From positions 1 to 64,000 of the forward strand of contig JAIDOW010000067.1 in assembly GCA_029063085.1 (NCBI GenBank): DNA of 64,000 nt. Direction: 5' to 3'. Numbering within the stretch: position 1 is the first letter of the stretch; each line of letters starts with the position of its first letter. Below are positions 1-9,300 of the stretch, piece after piece. The notes below the pieces were generated by a model, which did no database searches, was not told where the DNA came from, and worked only from the letters and a program-made list of their open reading frames with translations. Source of the stretch: Lachnospiraceae bacterium (lineage in GTDB: Bacteria; Bacillota; Clostridia; Lachnospirales; Lachnospiraceae). The position numbers and the translations under genes are program-made.

Positions 1-223
1 TTAGTAAGACTAATAATAAAATTTTCAAAAACTTTTCCATGTACATCCACCTCTCCTATATAACATCACTAATTAATAAAATTATAACATTTAATCAGCA
101 ATACCTTGTACTTTTACTTTACACGATATCTTATCGTTATGCAAGCTTAACTTGCTCTTTTGATATTATATTTTATATCCCAAAACAGCAGACAGCTTTT
201 AATATCACTGTCTGCTGCATATA

Positions 224-274
224 GACCAGCATCCTTGAGCAATCGCCATATATAATCTGGCTCGCTGCTCGCAA
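224..274. repeat. Degenerate, partly deleted copy (D) of the dispersed structured intergenic repeat (core ...atcgcca...tggctcgctgctcgc...)
   Basis: By-eye alignment to the 3' core of the copies at 5545-5622, 52795-52937 and 61846-62043. It shares cagca(a/t)cc(c)ttg.gcaatcgcca and tggctcg(c/t)tgctcgc, but the central hairpin is missing. Confidence 0.4.
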
Positions 275-333
275 AACTCAATGCCCATACAGGTATATTC
301 ACCTGTCTCATCTGAAGAAATCCAGCATTACGC

Positions 334-2217
334 TTATTTCTTTATCTTCATCGTTTTCTTAAATCCGGTAGAGCTTTTAAATAATTTCTTATATTTTTTA
401 TATTTCTTCTTCGGAACCTTGACAACTGCTTTCTTTGAAATTCCCTTCAAAGCATTCTTTCCTACTGATTTGAGTTTTGTGGATTTGATGGTAATCCGTT
501 TTAATTTCTTTGCACCGTTAAATGCATTCTTACCAATCTTAGTCACATTGCTTCCTACCGTAATTTTGGTCATTTTCGTACATTTCTTAAAGGCATTGGC
601 AGCTATTTCTGTCACCTTAAAGGTATAACCTTTATATATTACAGTAGCACCAATTACAGCGGATTTTAATTTCTTGGAATTTACGCCGCATACTGAAACC
701 GTTCCATTCTTTTCACTGGACTTGATTACTTTATATTTTAAATCTCCTACAATAAAGGTCTCACCCTTTAACGGAAGCTTTCCCTTAATAAATTTCTGAG
801 AATACTCATTCTGGGAAGTGTCTATATTTTCCTGATTGGCTCCTGTAAAGCTGCTGTTGGAAATATACTTAACACTTGGCGGAATTACCATTTCATGAAT
901 ATTCTGACAGTCTTTAAATGCATTATCCCCAATAGTAGTAACAGTATCCGGAAGAATAATCTTATTCAGATTCTGACATCCGTCAAAAGTATCGTTTTCA
1001 ATCGAAGTCACTCCACTCGGGATTACGATCTCATGAAGATTATTACAGGTCTGGAATGCACCAGTTCCAATCTTGTCCAAGGTTTCCCCCAGAAAATAAA
1101 TATTATTAAAATTATTGCATCCATAAAACGCATATGCCTCAATACTTTTTAAGGTTACCGGCGTCGTAAGGGTATGCAGGTTATCACATTCATAAAATAC
1201 ATATTCTGGAAGCTTCGCAATCTGTGTTTTGGAAATATCAATCTGAATGTTGGAACAGTATGCAAAAGTATAAATCCCAAGCGTAGTGACGCTGGCAGGA
1301 AGCGTAATGTTCAAATTACTGTTCTTTGCAAATGCATAATCTCCAATCACTGACACGACAGACGGTTCTGTAAAGGTTACCGTATTCAGATTCCCACATT
1401 CATGAAATGCATAACTGCCAATCGTCGTAACCGTAGACGGAATCGTAAACCCACCATTCAATCCTACTGCTTCCAATGCATAATTACCGATTACCGCTAA
1501 TCCCTCTGGCAGTGGATACAATCCCTGTCCGGTATAATGAAATCCTGCTGCAAAACGATATAATATCCCGCCGTTTTTGCTTAACAGCATCTCTCCCTCA
1601 TTGTAATCTCCTTCGCTTTCTGCTCCTGAGACATCTGCTGCTTTAAACATACCATTCGATTTTGCAACAGCAAACCGGCCAATGGATTTGCAGGTTAAAA
1701 AAGCACCTTCACCTAGTGCATTCAGATTCGCCGGCAATGTAATGATTCCGCTCCGGTATTGTGCAAATGTCACACCATTACTGTCATTTAATTCCTCACT
1801 ATTATAAACTTCCATAGTAGACAGAACTTTACATCCATTAAATGCATAACTGCCAATGGATGTCACAGTCTCCGGCAGGATAATTGTATGTAGCTTCTCA
1901 CAACCAGCAAATACATTATCCCCAAGTCCTCTCACACTTACAGAACTGATTGTCTGTGGAATGACAATTACTTCATCCACTTCCTTATTCCCGTTATATG
2001 CAGTAATGATTCCGTTTGCATCACAGATAAAATTCCCCTCTGGTGTAAACGGAAATGAGATCTCCTGTGCTCTCGCAACCAGTCCGTTTCCAAGACCAAA
2101 CAAAAATCCCATCATACATGACAATACCACCACCATAACTCTTGCCATTCGTTTCTTCTGATACCTTTCCATCGTTACCTCCTTCATCTTTGCAGTCTCT
2201 GCAAAAGGAGTGAACAT
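334..2217 (-). CDS. Secreted/cell-surface leucine-rich-repeat protein (BspA-type LRR) with Lys-rich C-terminal tail
   Basis: 627-aa ORF. It has an N-terminal hydrophobic signal-like segment (MARVMVVVLSCMMGFLFGL). More than 10 tandem ~23-aa repeats follow the pattern I(G/P)xxAFxxCxxLxxIxLPxxV (e.g. IGSYAFNGCKVLSTM, IGDYAFAKNSNLNITLPASVTTLGIYTFAYC), as in BspA-like LRR adhesins. The C-terminus is KK-rich. Confidence 0.7.
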   Translation of the reverse strand: MFTPFAETAKMKEVTMERYQKKRMARVMVVVLSCMMGFLFGLGNGLVARAQEISFPFTPEGNFICDANGIITAYNGNKEVDEVIVIPQTISSVSVRGLGDNVFAGCEKLHTIILPETVTSIGSYAFNGCKVLSTMEVYNSEELNDSNGVTFAQYRSGIITLPANLNALGEGAFLTCKSIGRFAVAKSNGMFKAADVSGAESEGDYNEGEMLLSKNGGILYRFAAGFHYTGQGLYPLPEGLAVIGNYALEAVGLNGGFTIPSTVTTIGSYAFHECGNLNTVTFTEPSVVSVIGDYAFAKNSNLNITLPASVTTLGIYTFAYCSNIQIDISKTQIAKLPEYVFYECDNLHTLTTPVTLKSIEAYAFYGCNNFNNIYFLGETLDKIGTGAFQTCNNLHEIVIPSGVTSIENDTFDGCQNLNKIILPDTVTTIGDNAFKDCQNIHEMVIPPSVKYISNSSFTGANQENIDTSQNEYSQKFIKGKLPLKGETFIVGDLKYKVIKSSEKNGTVSVCGVNSKKLKSAVIGATVIYKGYTFKVTEIAANAFKKCTKMTKITVGSNVTKIGKNAFNGAKKLKRITIKSTKLKSVGKNALKGISKKAVVKVPKKKYKKYKKLFKSSTGFKKTMKIKK

Positions 2218-2310
2218 TGATCAATACCATTGCAGAGTAGTTTTATACGCCATAACTCTTTTTATTATATATTAATTCTGCACATAAAACCACTCCAATT
2301 TGAAAAAATT

Positions 2311-3411
2311 TTATCTATTTTTCAACAGAACCCCCAGCTGTTCCAACAGCCCTGCACTGCCGTTTACGGAAATCTCTCCTACCCGGTCACAGATTCTTTC
2401 CAGATATTCCAATTCCTTCAGTTTATATAAGGTCTTATTCTCATCCATCAGTTTTGCCGTATTTAACAAAGACCTGGTAGATGCAACCTCCTCTCTTCTG
2501 GAAATCACATTTGCCTGTGCCGTTTTTTCTGCAACCAGTACGGAATTCATGATATCTTTAATTTCTCCCGGCAGGATAATATCCTTAATTCCCGCAGATA
2601 TAAACTCCACATAAAATGTCTTCTCATTTTCTTTTAGTTTCAAAAATATTTCCTTGGAAATTTCTTCTTTTAATTCTAAAATCTCATCCAGCTTATAATT
2701 CCCCGTCAGTTCTCTAATCACAAGCTGGGCAAAGGAATACATCTGCTGTTCTAAATTCTTAATATTTTCAGATAATGCTACTGCATCCTGAATCTTATAT
2801 GTGCATGCCACATTCATGCGGATTCCTATTTTGTCCTTTGTGAGAATTTCCTGCCCTGCAATATTAAGCTCTGTCTGTTTCATATCTACAATTTGGGCAG
2901 TCACAGTATTTTTCTCATTCCAAAAGTAATATGCACCGGAAGTGAGCCTGCGTTCCAGTCTATGATTATAGTAGAGAAGCCCCAGCTCTCCCTCCCGTAC
3001 CAATACTGTTGTATAATATTTGGTCGGAATCATCGCTAACATCTGCTTTGTAACTTCCTTCCCAATCTCTGTTTTTTCCATGGAAACCAATCTTACTTCA
3101 TATTTTTCAAATACATTCCAGAATATGTACTCCTTTCTCACGGCAAATGCCCGCAGAGTATTATTTACATAAATTAAACCTAAACATCCATCCGGAATTT
3201 CATATCTTACGGTGTCCTCCCGGAAAGTCCGGTCTTTTTCCAGCACCTGATATGGAATATCCACAAAATTTAATTCTCCAAGCATTTCCTCAATATGTAC
3301 CTGATATCCTAAAGTCTTGGAAAAATAATACTTTCCTGCTGTAATCATTCTTTGAAATATACCGTTTTTTGTCACAAATCCGGCTTCATTTTCTTTCACT
3401 ACCACTTTCAT
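2311..3411 (-). CDS. SPFH/band-7 (stomatin/prohibitin-like) domain protein with three N-terminal ~45-aa repeats
   Basis: 366-aa ORF. The C-terminal half resembles the SPFH fold (GIRMNVACTYKIQDAVALSEN...VISRREEVASTRSLLNTAKLM, then a coiled-coil tail). The N-terminal half has three related repeats ending in YYF/IFWN/YYFWN. Confidence 0.55.
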   Translation of the reverse strand: MKVVVKENEAGFVTKNGIFQRMITAGKYYFSKTLGYQVHIEEMLGELNFVDIPYQVLEKDRTFREDTVRYEIPDGCLGLIYVNNTLRAFAVRKEYIFWNVFEKYEVRLVSMEKTEIGKEVTKQMLAMIPTKYYTTVLVREGELGLLYYNHRLERRLTSGAYYFWNEKNTVTAQIVDMKQTELNIAGQEILTKDKIGIRMNVACTYKIQDAVALSENIKNLEQQMYSFAQLVIRELTGNYKLDEILELKEEISKEIFLKLKENEKTFYVEFISAGIKDIILPGEIKDIMNSVLVAEKTAQANVISRREEVASTRSLLNTAKLMDENKTLYKLKELEYLERICDRVGEISVNGSAGLLEQLGVLLKNR

Positions 3412-3844
3412 ACTCTATCTCCTTTCACTATCACCATTTATCAGGTAATTGCGAAACTTCTTATTTCAAAACCATAGTTTCACAAATACCTATCACCATA
3501 TATATCCTGCAAAATTGACTGCTGTTTTGTTTCAGACAGCCTATTCCTCCCATCAGCATTTCATTACGGAAAGCCGGTTCAGCATTGGATTTTACAGGAG
3601 GACGCCAGTGTTTTGAAAATTTTTCTGTTTTCTGCCAGGTTTTATACAAAAAACAATTCCAATTTTCAACAGATACCTTTGCTGTCCTGTAAAATCTGTC
3701 TGCGATATCCCCAAACTTTCAGGTAATCAGACACTTTCCCTATACTTTTCCTAAAGCAGTCCTGTATCCGCTGCATGAATCAGTAAATAACTGATCTGCT
3801 CCGGAAAATCCGGATAGATGGGAGAAATACGCTATCCTCCTTGT

Positions 3845-3926
3845 TTTTTACGGATTCGAACCGTCTGACTTAAAAAGTCTATGCCACTTTTTTTATTGTG
3901 TACTCTACCCACTGAGCTACCGCTTT
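3845..3926 (-). ncRNA. tRNA-like element 2: canonical D-arm, Lys(UUU)-like anticodon loop and second T-arm, but with non-canonical spacing
   Basis: On the minus strand: GCGG-TA-GCTC-AGTGGGTA-GAGT (D-arm, plus 3902-3917), then ACACAATAAAAAAAGTGGCA, then TAGAC-TTTTTAA-GTCAG (a U33/UUU/A37 loop). The T-arm GACGG-TTCGAAT-CCGT (plus 3851-3865) follows after only 4 nt. No matching 3' acceptor strand was found. Confidence 0.35.
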
Positions 3927-4003
3927 GGCGGGGTGGAATCGAACCACCAACAACACAAGTAAAACCTATTCCCTTAATAGGTCCGCGTTTTACAAACGCA
4001 GTA
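3927..4003 (-). ncRNA. tRNA-like element 1: upstream hairpins plus a canonical T-arm, ending ...CCACCCCGCCA; no canonical cloverleaf found by eye
   Basis: On the minus strand there is a T-arm GGTGG-TTCGATT-CCACC (plus 3932-3948) followed by CCGCCA. It is preceded by hairpins GCGTTT-GTA-AAACGC and CCTAT-TAAGGGA-ATAGG. I could not find a 7-nt 5' acceptor partner for the 3' end. Confidence 0.35.
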
Positions 4004-4179
4004 TCGGAAGGACTATGGAATACCCTGTATAATGTACCGGCACCGCAGGGCAGGGGATTTTCCCCGATACCCACGCAAATAGTTCCTTCTATATCTATAA
4101 TAATCCCGCTTTGCGGGTTATTATCATTTCTCTGTCCGCCTCATATTCCCTTGCGGTCAGAAACTTCTTTCCTGAAATC

Positions 4180-5412
4180 TTATCCTTTCACCACTCCCAC
4201 TGTCCTTAATTTTCTGACAGGGGTTACCATATCTTTTTGCTGTTCCATGACTTCATCAATATCTTTGTAGGCAAACCGGCATTCCTCCGCAACATCATTT
4301 TTCTTCCGTTTACCAAGTATTACACCCTGTTCCCTCAAATCCACCATTACCTCTTCCGTAGTAAATGCCGCCATGGCACCGCTTCTGGAGTAACACCTGC
4401 CGGCTCCGTGGGAAGATGTGTAAAAGGTTTCCGGATTTCCTTTTCCCTCTACCACATAACTGTAAGAACCCATGGCTCCCGGAATAACTGCCATTTCCCC
4501 CTCCCTTACTCTGGTGGCACCTTTCCGGTGCACCCAGACATTTTCTCCATAATGGTTCTCAAGGGATGCGTAATTGTGATGACAGTTGATTTGATCCGTA
4601 AATTCCACCGTACAGTCTGTATACTTTTCAATCTGTTCTTTTACAATTTTGCAGACTGCCTGTAACATATGCTCCCTGTTTTCAAAGGCATAGTCCATAG
4701 CAAGCTGCATCCAGTTGATATATTGTTTTCCCTCCCCGGACTGTACCGGCAAAAATGCCAGATGATATCCATCCGGTACTGCACTGTACCATTTTCTGTT
4801 TAATTCCCTTGCCGTCTTATGAAAATAATCGCATATCGCCTTCCCAAGATGACGACTTCCTGAATGAATCATAATACAAAGATAGCCGTTTTCGTCTTCC
4901 TGAAGTTCAATAAAATGATTTCCACCACCCAATGTTCCTACCTGATAGTATCCTTCGTCAATCAGATGCACCAGTTCTGCATTTCCCTCATATTTTTCCA
5001 TTTCTTTCTTAGCACGGTCCAAAACCTGCGATTCCTGCGGCTTTTTATACCTCTCTGTTCCTAAAGGCACCGAACGCATAATGCTTCCAATCATGGACTG
5101 AATCAGGTTTCCGTTTCCGGTCTGAATTTCCCTGATATCTGCTACTTTTACATTTGTAGCAGTAAACACCATTCCACATCCGATATCCACACCCACTGCG
5201 TTAGGAATGATTACATCCTTTGCGGCAATCACTCCTCCGATAGGCATTCCCTTTCCTGCGTGAGTATCCGGCATCAGACAGACCCATTTATGTATAAATG
5301 GAAGGTTTGACAAATGATATGCCTGTTCCAGGCAGTTCTCCTCAATCCTGCTCTCATCCTCTAACCATACCTTTACCGGATATCTTGTGTTTTCATTAAA
5401 TAATACAAACAT
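4180..5412 (-). CDS. rtcB: RNA-splicing ligase RtcB (3'-phosphate/5'-hydroxyl RNA ligase)
   Basis: 410-aa ORF carrying the RtcB signature motifs: MPDTHAGKGMPIGGV, GGGNHFIELQ and SSHGAGR. Confidence 0.9.
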   Translation of the reverse strand: MFVLFNENTRYPVKVWLEDESRIEENCLEQAYHLSNLPFIHKWVCLMPDTHAGKGMPIGGVIAAKDVIIPNAVGVDIGCGMVFTATNVKVADIREIQTGNGNLIQSMIGSIMRSVPLGTERYKKPQESQVLDRAKKEMEKYEGNAELVHLIDEGYYQVGTLGGGNHFIELQEDENGYLCIMIHSGSRHLGKAICDYFHKTARELNRKWYSAVPDGYHLAFLPVQSGEGKQYINWMQLAMDYAFENREHMLQAVCKIVKEQIEKYTDCTVEFTDQINCHHNYASLENHYGENVWVHRKGATRVREGEMAVIPGAMGSYSYVVEGKGNPETFYTSSHGAGRCYSRSGAMAAFTTEEVMVDLREQGVILGKRKKNDVAEECRFAYKDIDEVMEQQKDMVTPVRKLRTVGVVKG

Positions 5413-5544
5413 TGTCTTTCCCTCCTTACATGTTCTCCGTTTGATAATGCTATTCTATTCTGTATTGGTAAATTTTTCATTTCAAAAAAGTTGCGAACTT
5501 AAAATCATACCCATCACGCAGCTGATAATATCCGGGAAAGCTCG

Positions 5545-5622
5545 CCTGCCTGCACATTTCCTGCGGAAGTCGCCAAATGCCTGCAAGCAGTCACTTGGCT
5601 CGTTGCTCGCGGAAATAAACAT
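5545..5622. repeat. Copy C (3' core) of the dispersed structured intergenic repeat, 55 nt upstream of the ORF at 5677
   Basis: The stretch cctgcggaagtcgccaaatgcctgcaagcagtcacttggctcgttgctcgcggaaataaac is about 95% identical to 61976-62040. Confidence 0.6.
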
Positions 5623-5676
5623 AATTTTCTTTCACGCATATTATAAATAGTAAAATCCGACAAATCAGGTAATCAC

Positions 5677-6273
5677 ATGAACGACCAATTCACTTATAAT
5701 CTTCCTCCATTTCCCATTCCCAACCGGGATGTTATCCGGGTCTTTTCTGCAAGAATCGAGGAAATTACCAGAGACCGTAATACAACCTTTGTCACTATTT
5801 CCTATAGCGACTGCATCGGCTGTGCCAGACCGGAAGACCTGGTTCGCTTAGTGGTGGACAGAAATACGATCATTCATGATGAGAGGGGCAGAAACCTCCG
5901 TGCCAATGAACTGGAACGCGGCATGATCGTAGATGCTTCTTTTTCCTCCGTCATGACAAGAAGCATCCCTCCTCAGGCACAGGCATTTCTGATCCGGGTG
6001 GTCAGAAGAAATGTCAGAAACGAAACGACAACAGGAAGAATTATAGAAGTAAACAACCGGGGAAATTATATTGTAACCATGAACAATTTCAATCCCGCTT
6101 CCGCTATCCGTTTTAATCTGTCACCGGAAACGGTAATCAGCAATTCCTCAGGCAGAAGAATCCCGCTCTCTTTACTGGTGCCGGGAATCAGGGTCCGGGT
6201 AGAGCATGCATCTTTTATGACTGCAAGCATTCCTCCCCAGACAACCGCATTTGCCATACAGGTTTTACGGTAA
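5677..6273 (+). CDS. Hypothetical protein built from two ~90-aa internal repeats
   Basis: 198-aa ORF with an ATG start. The two halves align (...ASFSSVMTRSIPPQAQAFLIRV / ...ASFMTASIPPQTTAFAIQV). I recognise no known motif. Confidence 0.45.
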   Translation: MNDQFTYNLPPFPIPNRDVIRVFSARIEEITRDRNTTFVTISYSDCIGCARPEDLVRLVVDRNTIIHDERGRNLRANELERGMIVDASFSSVMTRSIPPQAQAFLIRVVRRNVRNETTTGRIIEVNNRGNYIVTMNNFNPASAIRFNLSPETVISNSSGRRIPLSLLVPGIRVRVEHASFMTASIPPQTTAFAIQVLR

Positions 6274-6321
6274 CTTCCCTGGTTTAAACCAACCCATTTA
6301 CCATTTTTCAGCTGATGTATA

Positions 6322-6361
6322 CAAAAAGAACCACCCTGTATTTCACAAGGTGGTTCTTTCC
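6322..6361. terminator. Bidirectional rho-independent terminator between the ORF ending at 6273 and the GH16 gene
   Basis: A perfect hairpin AAAAGAACCACC-ctgtatttcacaa-GGTGGTTCTTT, with A/T runs on both flanks. Confidence 0.75.
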
Positions 6362-6385
6362 TATGACATTCTATATATCTTACAT

Positions 6386-9300
6386 TTATTCTACATTTTT
6401 TACCAGAGAAATATCTGATAATGTGATATCAGAAACGGGTGTTTCCTGTTCTTCTATCTTTCCCATAGAGATAACCATGGTAACTGCTGTATCTGTCATT
6501 TCATCCATTGTAAAGGTAAATGAAATATCCTGTTCTTCTCCTGCTTCTAAAGTAATATCCTGACCGCCATAATATGCATACGTACTGCTTAACATAGCCA
6601 GCTTTATCGTTCTGGACTCTGTTGACGATGCTTTCAAACTTACTGTGTAACTACATCCCTCTTCCAATGTGAGTCCTGCCTGTTTTAACTGTACATTCCA
6701 GTCTGCTGTTCCTACATTTGCGATACTAAACACTGCTTTTTGTTCTGCAAATGTAACCTCTGCCTCACCCGGAGCTGTAACTGCACTCTCCCAGTTTTCT
6801 TCACCGTTTGCAAAATCTCCATTTTTAAGAAGATTTTCCCCTGTTGGTATTTCCGGCAGCGGCGGTGCTTCCACTTCTTCTAAGCTGATATCATCAATAC
6901 ATACCCTATGCTGCTGTGTAATCTGGTCTCCATCTACAGCCCCCAGGCAGATACTTAAAAATGCTTCCGGATCTGTATCGGCTGTCATCTGGAATGTTTT
7001 GTCAAAAGTCTGGTATTCACTTGTAAGAGAAACTGTATTTTCTCCGGAATAAACTGCCCAGTCTTTATCTTCTCCGCCCTGCATAATAACACGGATTTTT
7101 CTTTCCAAAGAAGATTTCGCCTTAAAGCTTAATTTATACCAGGTCCCTTTTATGAGATTTATGTTATTCTGCTTCATCTGGATTTTCCAATCCTGATCAC
7201 CGGTATTCTTAATAGTAAAATCAGCTGCATTACTCTCATTCAGACTGTCTACAACATGGGTAGCATCTGCGGAAGAATCCGCATACCATTCATATCCTGC
7301 AAATCCTGCATCAAAGGAACCATTTTTAATTAAGGTATCCTCAACAAGCCTTATATTATCAAGATATATCGTACCTTTTTCTCCCATATAGAATACAATA
7401 TCTTTGTTGGTCAATCCTTGTTCTGTTGTGATTTTAAATTCGTATGTTTTCGTGTCCTCTGTAAGTTCTGCCTCTAATTCCTGTCCGGCCACCATTATCT
7501 TCATACTTTTAGGAGCATCTGCCTGTGCTTCAAAAGACAGTGCATATTTCATTTCACCTGCAAGGGCCAGATCTGACTGTTTTACCAATACATCCTCTGC
7601 TTTTGCGTCTTCACGGTCAACCGTAACCTTCAACCGGCGGTCTGCATTTACATTTGTAACCATAATCTGTGCCTCTGCATTATTAGTAATTTCCCAATAT
7701 CCGAGACGCCCTTCACCTTCCTGGAAACCACCGTTATAAACATGGTTACCGTCTGCCAGAATGGTCTTTTCTTCTACCTCATTGGGATCAGCAGCTTTTA
7801 TCTTCTTGATCTTTACATTACTGATGTATATATCATCTGTAGAGCCTGCCGCACCCATGTTAAATTCCAGTCGTCCGTTAGCATCTGAATCATTTGTCAT
7901 CTTAAACTCATACGAATAAGACTGCTTATCTGTTCCAAGTTCCACCGTCTTTGATGACATATATTCCGCATATCCATAATCCGGAGCTTTTATTGATGTT
8001 TTCATCGTTCTGCTCTTAGAAGCCATTGCATCAAACGAAACTTCATAGGTTGCACCTTTCTCAAAAGGAAGGCCTGCCTGCACAAGCTGTACACTATAAT
8101 CCACCGTACCCTCGTTGTCTGTTGTTATCTTTATGGCATTATCCGCTATCGCTGCCTGTGCTTCACCGCCTAATGCTGTCATAAATGCCCAGTTTTCTTC
8201 ATCTTCCAAATTCTCTGCCTCTGCAAAATCACCGTTGATAACATAATTTCCATTGGCATCCGGATCCCTTAAGATTACTTCCTTTTCTGGCTTTTTAACA
8301 TTTTCATCATATTCTGACTCATCCTTCTGATAAACCTTAACATAATCCACAACCAAAGCCGCATTGTCAAAGCTTGTCGTCTCATCCGGATTTCCTACCC
8401 AGCTTCCACCTACTGCAAGATTAAGAATCAGATAAAATGGCTGGTCAAATGGTGCCGGATAACTTACAGTACCCTGACCTGCCTTGGCAGAATACCAGTC
8501 ACTCTCTTCATGATACATCACACCATCTACATACCATCTAATCTTACCGGGCTCCCATTCACAGGAAAATACATGATAATCATCCGAATAATTCCCTTCC
8601 GTTAAAATATGAGTGCCCTGGCTCTCTCTGTGCGGTTCTCCATAATGAATAGTACCATATACCTTCTTATTATTTTGTCCCATAACCTCCATGATATCTA
8701 TCTCACCACACTTCGGCCATTGTCCATACAAGTTCTCGTCTGTCGGCATCATCCAGAACGCAGGCAGAAATCCCTGTCCCTCGGGCACTTTTACTTTTGC
8801 CTCAAATTTTCCATATTTAAAATCATGCTTTTTCTGAGTATTGATTCGCCCTGATGTATAATGGATATTTCCCTCTTCATCCACAGTCTTCACAGCCTTA
8901 ATTACGAGTGCTCCATCTTTCAAAAATATATTTTCCTCACTGTCTACATATTCCTGTAGCTCGCTGTTTACCCAGCCCGGTTCATGATATTCATAATTCC
9001 AGTCTTCTGTATTCAGACTGTCTCCTTCAAACTCATCCTTCCAGACAAGCTTATAAGAGTCTTTGGGTGTTTCCGGTTCCGGTTTTTCCGGCTGTGGTTT
9101 TTCTGGCTGCGGTTTTTCCGGTGTCTCTGGCTGCGGTTGTGGATTTGACGGCTCATTACCACCTGCATTTTCCTCCACAACTACATTACATACTGCTGTT
9201 TTTCCGTTACCATCCATTGCTGTAGCAGTAATAACTGCTGTTCCCTTTTTTAAAAGACTTACGTTACCCTTTGCATCAACCGTTGCCACTTCTTTATTAC

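Noticed and set aside
281-628. 115-aa plus-strand ORF
   Set aside because: It lies entirely inside the well-supported minus-strand LRR gene (334-2217) and is low-complexity Phe/Leu-rich. I treat it as an antisense frame artefact.
3845-4180. tmRNA (ssrA) hypothesis for the tRNA-like region
   Set aside because: There is no 5' GGGG acceptor start, no plausible tag-peptide reading frame ending in a stop with the ...ALAA motif, and there are two T-arms in tandem rather than one at the 3' end.
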